NCBI GenBank assembly: GCA_001603595.1
Contig: LUZK01000016.1
Location: 20,408 to 84,407 of the forward strand
Reading direction: 5' to 3'
From: Bacteroidales bacterium Bact_19
GTDB taxonomy: Bacteria > Bacteroidota > Bacteroidia > Bacteroidales > ML635J-15
DNA: 64,000 nucleotides
The position numbers were made by a program, and so were the translations under genes. This document shows, one piece after another, positions 29,046-37,597 of this stretch (the first letter of the stretch is position 1; every line of letters starts with the position of its first letter). Under the pieces are notes generated by a model. The model was not told the origin of the DNA. It worked only from the letters and a program-made list of their open reading frames with translations, and made no database searches.

Positions 29046-32000
29046 TTACTTTTTAATAAGTTTCGAAACATATTCATTTCCGTTAACGGAAAGTTTTAAG
29101 AAATAAACTCCTTCACTCAGACCGGAAATATTAAGATCAAATCTTTCGGATTGTGGGTCTATTTCTAAAACTTTTTGTCCCAGTGTATTTACTATACTTA
29201 CAGTTTCAACAACTCCTGAGGTTTCTATTGTTATGTGATTATTAGCAGGATTTGGATAAACTTTCACAGCTAATTCTGATTGATTTACAGCACTTACAAA
29301 TTGAATTACAAACGGAGTTGTAACAATACAGCCAACAGCATCAATTACCAAAACAGAGTAATTACCGGGCAATAAACCACTAATGCTTTCACCACTTGCT
29401 CCGGTTGACCAAGTGATTATATAAGGCTGAGTACCTCCTGTAATTTCAACACTTGCAGAACCATCAGCTATATCTGAACCAGAGGCAGGTATAGTAATAA
29501 CTTCTACTAAAGGCGTTGAACCAACATAAATTATATCCTCAACAATTTTTGTATCTGTTCCCGTAGAATTAGAAACTTCTAAACTTACAGTATAAATTCC
29601 AGGTTGAACATAAGTATGAACCGGATTTTGCTCAAACGAAGTTTCTCCGTCACCAAAATTCCAAAGCCATGAAGTAGGATTATTTAATGACAAATCGGTA
29701 AATTGAACAGTTAAATTAACACACCCGACAGTATCGCTAACAGAAAAATCTGCAACAACATTTTGAAGCTGTTCTTGAGTTACTTGCACACATTCGCTAG
29801 CACTACATCCATATGCATCAGTTATTGTAACACAATAAATTCCTGCGATTAGTCCACTTATAGTTTGAGTAGATTCATTATTATTCCATTGAATTGTGAT
29901 AGGAGTTAAACCTCCGGTAAATTCAACTGTTGCTGATCCATCATTTCCGCTAAGTGATTCCTGTGTACTACTCATATTTGTAATTAGCGGTGTTTGCCCT
30001 ATTTTAATTAAATTATTAAATGTAATTGTATTTGAACCAATGACATTTGTGGCAGTTAAACTTACACTATAAACACCAGCCTGTGTATAAGAGTGAACAG
30101 GATTTTGTTCTGTTGATGTTTGTCCATCTCCAAATTCCCAGAACCAAGAAATCGGATTATTATTGGACAAATCAATAAATTGTACTGTTAAATTATCACA
30201 ACCAATAGAATCATTAAAAGAGAAATTAGCAACCGGAGAAGCACCTAAAGTATTGACAAAAACTGATGTTGTGGCTGTACACCCATTAAGATCTGTTACA
30301 GTAACAGAATATGATCCTCCTGTCAATCCGGAATAAACGATAGTATTTCCCGTACCGGGAGTAATTACACTTGTATTCCATAAACCTGTATATGGTTGAG
30401 TTCCACCAGTTACATTTATTGTAATACTTCCATCATTAGCTCCAATAGAAGTTTCATCAATAACAGTTGCATCTAAAGTGAAAGTTGGATAAATTGTTAC
30501 ATTTATTTGATCGCTGTTTGTACATCCATACGAATTAGAAACTACTACAGTATAATCTCCGCTTGTACTTGCTACATAAGTTTGTGTTCCAAGCACCCCA
30601 TTCCATTCATAAGAACTGAAACCTGCACCAGCATCCAGAGTTACTGTCCCTCCACATTGTATAACATCGTTTCCAAGATTTACAGTAGGTACAGGATTAA
30701 TTGTTACATTTATTTGGTCGCTGTTTGTACATCCATACGAATTAGAAACTACTACAGTATAATTTCCGCTTGTACTTGCTACATAAGTTTGTGTTCCAAG
30801 CACCCCATTCCATTCATAAGAACTGAAACCTGCACCAGCATCCAGAGTTACTGTTCCTCCACATTGTGTAACATCGTTTCCAAGATTTACAGTAGGTACA
30901 GGATTTATTGTTACATTTATTTGGTCGCTGTTTGTACATCCATAAGAATTAGAAACTACTACAGTATAACTTCCTGTAGTGTTTGCAACATAAGTTTGAG
31001 AACCAGCAACTCCGTTCCATTCATAAGAACTAAAACCTGCTCCAGCATCCAGAGTTACTGTTCCACCACATTGTGTGATATCAGAACCAAGGGTTACTGT
31101 CGGAATAGGATTAATTGTTGCAGTTACAGGAGTGCGTAAACTTGAGCATTCAGTATTATATTCTACTTCCCAATTATAGAAATAATAATAATAATTCAAA
31201 TCGTTTGCAGTATTACCTACAATACTTAAAACTCCATCAAGATTATATGGATAAGTTCCACCTGTTTGATTTCTGTATAAATTTGGACTACCAGGGCCTA
31301 ATAATTTTAGACCATTTCCTACAGGAACATTAATATTTAATGTAATCGTAGATTCGCCGGCAGGAACATTTACAGTAACAGATTGAATAAGATTATCACT
31401 TGCATCTTTTAGACTAATGGTACGATTTCCTGCTGCCCCAGCATAAACTTTCACAGTTTTCAGTGTAAATGGAATAGAAGCATTAAATATTAAACCATGA
31501 ACATTTGAATTTGTAAAATATCCTCCTGTACCAATTGAGTTGTTTGCAGCACCTGCATTAGAAGTTTGAGTATTTTCAATTACTGAAGCAACGTATAAAT
31601 TAGTTGTATTGCTAAATAAATTCGTGTATGAAGTTCCTGTTGTAATTAAATTACCTTCTGTAGCAGCATCATACCATTTCAAAGTACCGGAGCCTGATGC
31701 TGTTAATGTTAAAATTGATTCTCCACAAGAACTTGCTCCTGATGTAATTGGAGCCTCAGGAATATCTATAGTTACAAAATTTGTCTTGGTTTCAGTATCA
31801 GATCCATAGCTATTTGTAACTGTTAATGATACAGTATAAGTTCCTGAAGCAGCATAAGTATGTACCGGGTTTTGCTCTGTGGATGTTTGCCCATCACCAA
31901 AATTCCAGCTCCATGTATCAGCATTTGTTGATAAATCGGTAAAAGCAACTATTGAAGAACAAAAATCAGGTCCTGAAGCAGTAAAATCGGCAACAGGAGG

Positions 32001-35000
32001 AACTTCAGGTGATAATAAATTAAGTGTATAATCTTCAACTTCACCATAAGTTGAGCTTCCGCAAGGAGTATTATTAGGACCGTTACCAGTATCATGCAAA
32101 CGTATTCTTAGGCGAACCGGTCCCGGAGTTGCAGTACCTGGAATTGTAATATTCCCTGAAAATGGACCTTGCCCATTAGCTGAGGTAAATACATTTTCTC
32201 CAGGGTCAGAAAAATCTCCATCTCTATTCCAATCAACCCAAATTAAGACTTGATCGGAGGAGTATGGATTACCAATAGTTACTGTAAAAGGATAGCTTTG
32301 TCCTAAATAAACATCTGTTGAAATGGAGGTAAAATCAGAATAAGAAGCTGTTCCACTACTATTATTTATTGTCCCAAACTGGAACTTGGATATATATTCA
32401 TAAGAATTATTAGTTCCTTCTGCTGAACAATAAGTTGGTAAGTTAACAGTAATATATGCAGTTTTTGTTTCCGTAGAGTTACCATAAGAATTCGAAGCTG
32501 TAAGACTTACATTGTACACACCGGGGGTATTATATACTATGCTTGGATTTTGTTGAGTACTTGTTGTCGGCGTACCACCATCAAAAGTCCATGACCATGA
32601 AGTTGGTAGATTTTGTGATAAGTCGGTAAAGTTAACGGTTCCTCCGATTGAGACTGTGGTATTGTCTGCTGCAAAATTAGCAATTGGTGGATTTGTATTC
32701 GGGTTAACAGTAATGTAATCTGTTCTCACTTTTGTATCTGAACCGGCTCCGTTAGTAACCGTTAAACTAACAGTATAAGTTCCAACAGCATTATATGTAT
32801 GAATAGGATTTTGCTCTGTTGAAGTTTGTCCGTCACCAAAATTCCATGACCATGAACCTGCATATTGAGATTGATCTGTGAATGTAACAGATTGTCCCTG
32901 CATGATTGTTGTAGGATTTCCTATAAAATCAGCAATTGGTGGATTAGCAGCTGTTGGAACAACATTTTCATTAATATAAGGAGATCTATCTTGTTTTGTA
33001 CCAACAATTGTATAAGCATCGCCTGTCATTGCGGGAAATGACAACGTAACACTATTTCCAGAACCACTCCATTTGGCATCTAACAAAGTTCCGTTTTTCG
33101 AAATGGCCACATAAGAATAAGGCTCTACTGTTACTACCAAACTTGTTGCCCCTTGCATAGGATTTGTAAAGCTCAAATTTAACGCTTCAGGTTCGGTCAT
33201 ATATGGTATTAAAGATGGATCTCCTGATACATGATAAATTTCCCAGTAATATTGTTTATATCCGGAAGTACTTGACTGAACAGCAAGGTTCCCCACATGT
33301 ACCATTTGTCTGCTGCTATAAAACCAGTTTGAGTAAGCCTCACCATGAGTATGCCATGAAGCATCATAAACACCTAAACCTGTATTTGAATAATTGTGAT
33401 TCGGGACATTTGCTTGAGTTATGGATAAAGACGTCAAACCAATTCCCCAGTTTACATCTTCGTTCCAATAACTGTAATTTGTAGTTCCGATATATCCTAC
33501 GGCACCTTCGTTCTGAGCATACAGAACCATTTCTCCAAAAGCATCGTCTTGATTAAATTGGAACGACAAACAACAGTTTCCAATCATGAAAGGATACTTA
33601 TTAGCATTATTCCAGTTTGCTATATTTGATCTTCTCACCGCGGGATCTGCCCAACCGTCATGATCGCAATGAGCTGTATAATTAGCAAATCCTAAACCTG
33701 CACCAATTTTACTATTAATATCAGCTGAAGCCCCACTATTTGTAGAAGACATTACACTGTATGGACCACTTGTATAAGTGTGATAATAAGCATAAATATT
33801 AGAAAAACCATTCGTAGTATTATAATAATTGTTTATTCCATACAAAATAGTGCCATCTCCATGAGACTTTGCATAAGTCGCATCCACACCAGCAATTAAC
33901 ATGCATTTATTTAAGTAAGAACCATCAGGAATTGTGTATTGTTCGTAAGGAAGTATTTTATTCAAGGCATTTTGTAACTCGGTAGTTGAGTTAGCAGAAA
34001 TTCGACCATAATATAAATCAGGTATATAGTCAGACCCCTGTAAAGTTGCAAAATATAAATCTGTAATATGATTAGAATCTCCCGATCCAGAATTTTGTGA
34101 AGCAAAAGCAGGTATGCTATATGTACCACTATGATCTCCAATAATTAGTACGTATAATGGTGCAGGGTCGGAAGAAGTTCCAGCATTATAAAGATTTTGT
34201 AGATATGTCTTTATGCTTGTGTTTGTTGTACCTGTTGCAACATAATATTCAATAACATTAAATCCCATTTTCATTTTCCATTGAACAAATGGTTGTAAAG
34301 TGGTTTGAAAAGCAGTGTTTGCTACGATAACATATTTTAAAGGAGCTGCATAATTAGAGAAGGCATCTTTTGCAGCAGGTGGAATAAAATTCATTAACAT
34401 GCTGTAATTTCCATCAAATTGAGGTGTATAATACCTGTTTTTCATTTCCTCGGTTGTGGATAAATCAGCATTTAGAAAAACTATTTCATAATCAAGATTA
34501 TTATATACAATCAAAGTATTATCAACCGGGTTGTAATGCCATGGGCGAATTTCAACACGACCAACCCTAACACCTCTCATGTAACCATAAATTTCAGTTT
34601 TAATTAAAGGGTTATCATCAAATTGATTAGTATTATAATACTCTTCATCTATAACCCACACTTTTTCGGAATCAGGAGTACTTTTGCTGTATGATGGCTG
34701 AACTGGTTCGATCCGAGCAATGCCGTAATCGTTAAGATTTATTACTTCTTCGGTATATGCTTTAATATTTATTTGAATTTCAGCACCATAAGGCACTTCA
34801 ATTAAGCGGCTAATCACCGGAAGATTGGGTTTTCCAACTTCTGATGAAGCAACCATCCCTTGAACCTGCATAGCTGAAAATTCCCCATTAAGCGAATTCT
34901 GACTTACGAAATTTAAGTCACTGACAGAAAAAATTGCTGTAAAATTTGTAGGACTTAAAGATTTCAAACGATTTTCAGTTACGGCACCGGTCAATGGGAC

Positions 35001-35072
35001 CCTTACCAAATCTTGAGTTATTGCCATTGAGGCAATTAACACAAAAACAACAAAAAGTACTAACTTTCTCAT
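29046..35072 (-). CDS. peptidase C25 (gingipain-like) family T9SS cargo protein with PKD, GEVED and SprB-like repeats and a type A sorting domain
   Basis: 2008 aa with a signal peptide. C25-like catalytic contexts YTAHCDHDGW and MIGNCCLSF. Five PKD modules (NFGDGQTSTEQNP[IV]HTY or variants). YGEVEDY motif. GG[TL]xPY SprB-like repeats. C-terminal KVYPNPANNHITIE...VYFLKL Por-tail. Confidence 0.85.
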   Translation of the reverse strand: MRKLVLFVVFVLIASMAITQDLVRVPLTGAVTENRLKSLSPTNFTAIFSVSDLNFVSQNSLNGEFSAMQVQGMVASSEVGKPNLPVISRLIEVPYGAEIQINIKAYTEEVINLNDYGIARIEPVQPSYSKSTPDSEKVWVIDEEYYNTNQFDDNPLIKTEIYGYMRGVRVGRVEIRPWHYNPVDNTLIVYNNLDYEIVFLNADLSTTEEMKNRYYTPQFDGNYSMLMNFIPPAAKDAFSNYAAPLKYVIVANTAFQTTLQPFVQWKMKMGFNVIEYYVATGTTNTSIKTYLQNLYNAGTSSDPAPLYVLIIGDHSGTYSIPAFASQNSGSGDSNHITDLYFATLQGSDYIPDLYYGRISANSTTELQNALNKILPYEQYTIPDGSYLNKCMLIAGVDATYAKSHGDGTILYGINNYYNTTNGFSNIYAYYHTYTSGPYSVMSSTNSGASADINSKIGAGLGFANYTAHCDHDGWADPAVRRSNIANWNNANKYPFMIGNCCLSFQFNQDDAFGEMVLYAQNEGAVGYIGTTNYSYWNEDVNWGIGLTSLSITQANVPNHNYSNTGLGVYDASWHTHGEAYSNWFYSSRQMVHVGNLAVQSSTSGYKQYYWEIYHVSGDPSLIPYMTEPEALNLSFTNPMQGATSLVVTVEPYSYVAISKNGTLLDAKWSGSGNSVTLSFPAMTGDAYTIVGTKQDRSPYINENVVPTAANPPIADFIGNPTTIMQGQSVTFTDQSQYAGSWSWNFGDGQTSTEQNPIHTYNAVGTYTVSLTVTNGAGSDTKVRTDYITVNPNTNPPIANFAADNTTVSIGGTVNFTDLSQNLPTSWSWTFDGGTPTTSTQQNPSIVYNTPGVYNVSLTASNSYGNSTETKTAYITVNLPTYCSAEGTNNSYEYISKFQFGTINNSSGTASYSDFTSISTDVYLGQSYPFTVTIGNPYSSDQVLIWVDWNRDGDFSDPGENVFTSANGQGPFSGNITIPGTATPGPVRLRIRLHDTGNGPNNTPCGSSTYGEVEDYTLNLLSPEVPPVADFTASGPDFCSSIVAFTDLSTNADTWSWNFGDGQTSTEQNPVHTYAASGTYTVSLTVTNSYGSDTETKTNFVTIDIPEAPITSGASSCGESILTLTASGSGTLKWYDAATEGNLITTGTSYTNLFSNTTNLYVASVIENTQTSNAGAANNSIGTGGYFTNSNVHGLIFNASIPFTLKTVKVYAGAAGNRTISLKDASDNLIQSVTVNVPAGESTITLNINVPVGNGLKLLGPGSPNLYRNQTGGTYPYNLDGVLSIVGNTANDLNYYYYFYNWEVEYNTECSSLRTPVTATINPIPTVTLGSDITQCGGTVTLDAGAGFSSYEWNGVAGSQTYVANTTGSYTVVVSNSYGCTNSDQINVTINPVPTVNLGNDVTQCGGTVTLDAGAGFSSYEWNGVLGTQTYVASTSGNYTVVVSNSYGCTNSDQINVTINPVPTVNLGNDVIQCGGTVTLDAGAGFSSYEWNGVLGTQTYVASTSGDYTVVVSNSYGCTNSDQINVTIYPTFTLDATVIDETSIGANDGSITINVTGGTQPYTGLWNTSVITPGTGNTIVYSGLTGGSYSVTVTDLNGCTATTSVFVNTLGASPVANFSFNDSIGCDNLTVQFIDLSNNNPISWFWEFGDGQTSTEQNPVHSYTQAGVYSVSLTATNVIGSNTITFNNLIKIGQTPLITNMSSTQESLSGNDGSATVEFTGGLTPITIQWNNNESTQTISGLIAGIYCVTITDAYGCSASECVQVTQEQLQNVVADFSVSDTVGCVNLTVQFTDLSLNNPTSWLWNFGDGETSFEQNPVHTYVQPGIYTVSLEVSNSTGTDTKIVEDIIYVGSTPLVEVITIPASGSDIADGSASVEITGGTQPYIITWSTGASGESISGLLPGNYSVLVIDAVGCIVTTPFVIQFVSAVNQSELAVKVYPNPANNHITIETSGVVETVSIVNTLGQKVLEIDPQSERFDLNISGLSEGVYFLKLSVNGNEYVSKLIKK
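30494..31114. repeat. 3 x 207 bp head-to-tail tandem repeat inside the C25 gene (69-aa protein module)
   Basis: Units at 30494-30700, 30701-30907 and 30908-31114. Units 1 and 2 differ at 5 of 207 positions by manual alignment. Unit 3 is clearly more diverged. Confidence 0.9.
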
Positions 35073-35171
35073 AAAATCTATTTTTAGTTATTAATTAAAA
35101 TTCTTTTAAACATTATTTAAGACCTCTATAAAATATTTTTAGTTGCATAAAAATATCAGAAATAAAGGAAT

Positions 35172-35200
35172 AGTCTAAAATTAAACTAATATTTTAGACT
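35172..35200 (-). terminator. 10-bp-stem hairpin between the lipoprotein gene and the C25 gene (terminator candidate)
   Basis: AGTCTAAAAT-N9-ATTTTAGACT, T-rich downstream on the minus strand. Confidence 0.35.
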
Positions 35201-35343
35201 TAATAAAAAAGTATTTTCATAATTACATTCATTTATTGTACTTAAAACAAATAAAAAGAAAGTATAAACTTTTATCTATTTTCGTATTATGAGATACGTA
35301 AAATAATTTTAATTATACATAATAAAATTATATATATTTTTAT

Positions 35344-35808
35344 TTACTTGGGTAACCTTAATTTTAAATCGCAATATGTTTCATAAACATAATGACAGGG
35401 TTTTTTACACCCTGTTCTAAAAAATTGAGTTTTTACTTTTCTGTCATTAACAACAAAATATTTCTTCCCGGAACGTATGTAAATAGCGACAATAGAGTAC
35501 ATATAATCTGGCTCAACAAGTATCCAGTATTTATTTTTATCAGCTACTCCTTTCATAAATATTTCCGAATCAAAAACATCTCCGCTAAATACAATAAATT
35601 CAACAGTTTCCATTCCCTCTTTCATGTTAAAGTTCAAACACAATTCTACCAATTCGGGTTTTTCCTCAAAACAATATTCACATTCAATAGATTCAGAATC
35701 TACAGGAGTGTATGTATCATCATCGCACGAGCAAAAGGTCAAAATTAATATTACCCCAAAAATTTTAATACCTGATAATATATTTGTATTTTTGATTTGT
35801 TTCATCAT
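35344..35808 (-). CDS. hypothetical lipoprotein
   Basis: Signal peptide with lipobox LTFCSC. The start overlaps the end of the ankyrin gene by about 44 nt. Confidence 0.55.
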   Translation of the reverse strand: MMKQIKNTNILSGIKIFGVILILTFCSCDDDTYTPVDSESIECEYCFEEKPELVELCLNFNMKEGMETVEFIVFSGDVFDSEIFMKGVADKNKYWILVEPDYMYSIVAIYIRSGKKYFVVNDRKVKTQFFRTGCKKPCHYVYETYCDLKLRLPK

Positions 35809-37153
35809 TTTTTATGTTTAATAAACCGACTAAACTAATATTACAATAATAAGAGCTTTTATAATGTAATGCTATATCCATATAATGTACAGATGAATAT
35901 AATTTAAAATAATCTGACATTTTATAAGCAATTCCTAAATAATAACAGGGGATAATTTCTTTAGACACCTTCATTCTTATTCCGTCATAATCTCCCCAAT
36001 TATAATTAAAACTTACTCCTCCAAAAGCAGAAACATACTTTTTAGCAAAAAACTTATTAAACTTAAATTCTTTCTTGATTCCCAAATAAGCAGCATATCT
36101 GGTTTCCCGTAATTGATAATACTCTTCTGTATCAAACGGGAGAAAAACTGTTTTTTCATAACCCCTAAAAATAAAACCCGCCAAACCAACAAAACCATAT
36201 CTCAATTCGTTTACACTTAAGTTTAAGTCATTAAAAAAATCTTCGGAATTAAAAATCATTGAATATCCAATCCCTAATTTTCCAAAATATGGATAATGAA
36301 TATCCTTAATTTCAAGTTTTCTAACAGCTTTTTTAGTCCTTCTGTCCGAACTGTATTTAGCAAGTGAACGTAAAGTATAAATTTGATTTATGGTATCTCT
36401 ATATTTATAATTATTTTCAAGAAGATATAAAAAAACCTTGCTTTGTCCGTTTAAAACTGCATTTTCTGTTAAATAAAAACCATTCTCATCAGGAATATCT
36501 TCAATTTCAGTTTTAAAGTTTTTTAAATAGGACAAATTTCCGGTTTGAGTAGCAATTTGAGCAAATTTAGCCTTGTCATTATAACTAAAGTCTGTTTCAA
36601 GCCAGAGCAAATTAACAATGTTGTCAAAATTTCCCGAGATTGCATAATGTAGCGGTAGATAATCCTTATTATCGCGAATTGATGGATCTGCATCATAATA
36701 TAAAAACATGTCACACATAGTTTCATAGCCATAAATTGCTGCATAATGCAAAGCTGTCATACCCCAAACATCCTGATGATTTATATCCGCACCATTTCGT
36801 ATTAAAATCTCCGCAGTGGAAATAAAATTGTTTTTTACAGCACTTATTAATGGCGATGTATTAGTTAAAATATCAACATTATTTATGTTTGCATCCTTTG
36901 CGATGAGATACAAAACTATACTATCGTGGCCATTTTGTGAAGCATACATTATTGGTGTTATCCCATTTTCGTCTTTTTGATCAGCAATAGCATTATAATT
37001 TTCGATAAGAGTTTTTACCATATCGAAATTTCCTTTATCTGCATAATATAATAGTGCAAATTGAACATCGTCAAATTCTTCTATCTGAGAAAATGAATTT
37101 GTTGATAACAAAAAACTGCCTAAAAAAATTACGAAAAAAATAAATTTATGCAT
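35765..37153 (-). CDS. ankyrin-repeat protein with a C-terminal beta-barrel-like domain
   Basis: Start re-picked at the ATG at 37153 (MHKFIFFVIFLGSFLLSTNSFSQ signal peptide). 4-5 ANK repeats (GITPIMYASQNGHDSIVLYLI..., GMTALHYAAIYGYETMCDMFL...). The last ~190 aa have alternating aromatic/hydrophobic strands and an aromatic C-terminus. Confidence 0.8.
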   Translation of the reverse strand: MHKFIFFVIFLGSFLLSTNSFSQIEEFDDVQFALLYYADKGNFDMVKTLIENYNAIADQKDENGITPIMYASQNGHDSIVLYLIAKDANINNVDILTNTSPLISAVKNNFISTAEILIRNGADINHQDVWGMTALHYAAIYGYETMCDMFLYYDADPSIRDNKDYLPLHYAISGNFDNIVNLLWLETDFSYNDKAKFAQIATQTGNLSYLKNFKTEIEDIPDENGFYLTENAVLNGQSKVFLYLLENNYKYRDTINQIYTLRSLAKYSSDRRTKKAVRKLEIKDIHYPYFGKLGIGYSMIFNSEDFFNDLNLSVNELRYGFVGLAGFIFRGYEKTVFLPFDTEEYYQLRETRYAAYLGIKKEFKFNKFFAKKYVSAFGGVSFNYNWGDYDGIRMKVSKEIIPCYYLGIAYKMSDYFKLYSSVHYMDIALHYKSSYYCNISLVGLLNIKNDETNQKYKYIIRY

Positions 37154-37225
37154 CTGTAAATCAAATATTTCACAAAAATAAAAAATTTGCAATATTCTAT
37201 TATTACAAGGTTTAATTAAAAATAT

Positions 37226-37233
37226 TATTTTTG
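37226..37233 (+). promoter_or_regulatory. -7 promoter box TATTTTTG for tRNA-Arg
   Basis: TAnnTTTG match ending 10 nt before the tRNA 5' end. The tRNA-Gly locus has the same box and spacing. Confidence 0.45.
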
Positions 37234-37243
37234 CAATTGATAC

Positions 37244-37315
37244 GGCCTCTTAGTTTAATGGATAGAATGCGAGATTCCGGTTCTTGAGATGGGGGTTCGA
37301 ATCCTCCAGGGGCCA
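37244..37315 (+). tRNA. tRNA-Arg (anticodon CCG)
   Basis: The cloverleaf folds by hand: acceptor GGCCUCU/AGGGGCC, anticodon arm CGAGA-UUCCGGU-UCUUG, T arm GGGGG-UUCGAAU-CCUCC. No encoded CCA. Confidence 0.9.
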
Positions 37316-37490
37316 CTTAAATTTTTTTTAATGCTATTATTCACAAGATAATAATAGATTTAAATGCTTGTAAAAAGTATATTTTTAAAGGTTTTTAACC
37401 ACAAAATTTTGTATAATTAAAATCAAAATACGAGAAAAAATTTTAAGTCGAATTGTCAATAACATAATTCAGAAAAAGTACAAAACAATT

Positions 37491-37514
37491 TTTCCACATT
37501 ATTTTGTATCACAG
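37491..37514 (+). repeat. orphan copy of a 24-nt motif TTTC[C/A]ACATTATTTTGTATCACAG
   Basis: 23 of 24 positions match 58771-58794, with an exact 19-mer at 37496-37514. Confidence 0.5.
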
Positions 37515-37578
37515 AAATAATAAAAAATCCTCCCATACTAATAATTATTCCTCATCTAATTTAATTTCTGTTATTTTA

Positions 37579-37586
37579 TTAACTTT
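37579..37586 (+). promoter_or_regulatory. -7 promoter box TAACTTTG for mnmE
   Basis: TAnnTTTG match 12 nt upstream of the ATG at 37598. Confidence 0.45.
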
Positions 37587-37597
37587 GCAGAAAAAAA

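Noticed and set aside
30494-31114. Whether the regularly spaced repeats could be a CRISPR array.
   Set aside because: The units are 207 bp, directly abutting with no spacers, and lie in-frame inside a coding sequence. No cas genes are in the window.
30507-31139. A 210-aa plus-strand ORF with a striking internal periodicity (repeated ...VAVCTSIRIRNYYSI...).
   Set aside because: It is antisense to the 2008-aa C25 gene and exists only because the 3 x 207 bp tandem repeat happens to lack stops on the opposite strand. The sense-strand protein has clear domain homology, so this is an artefact.
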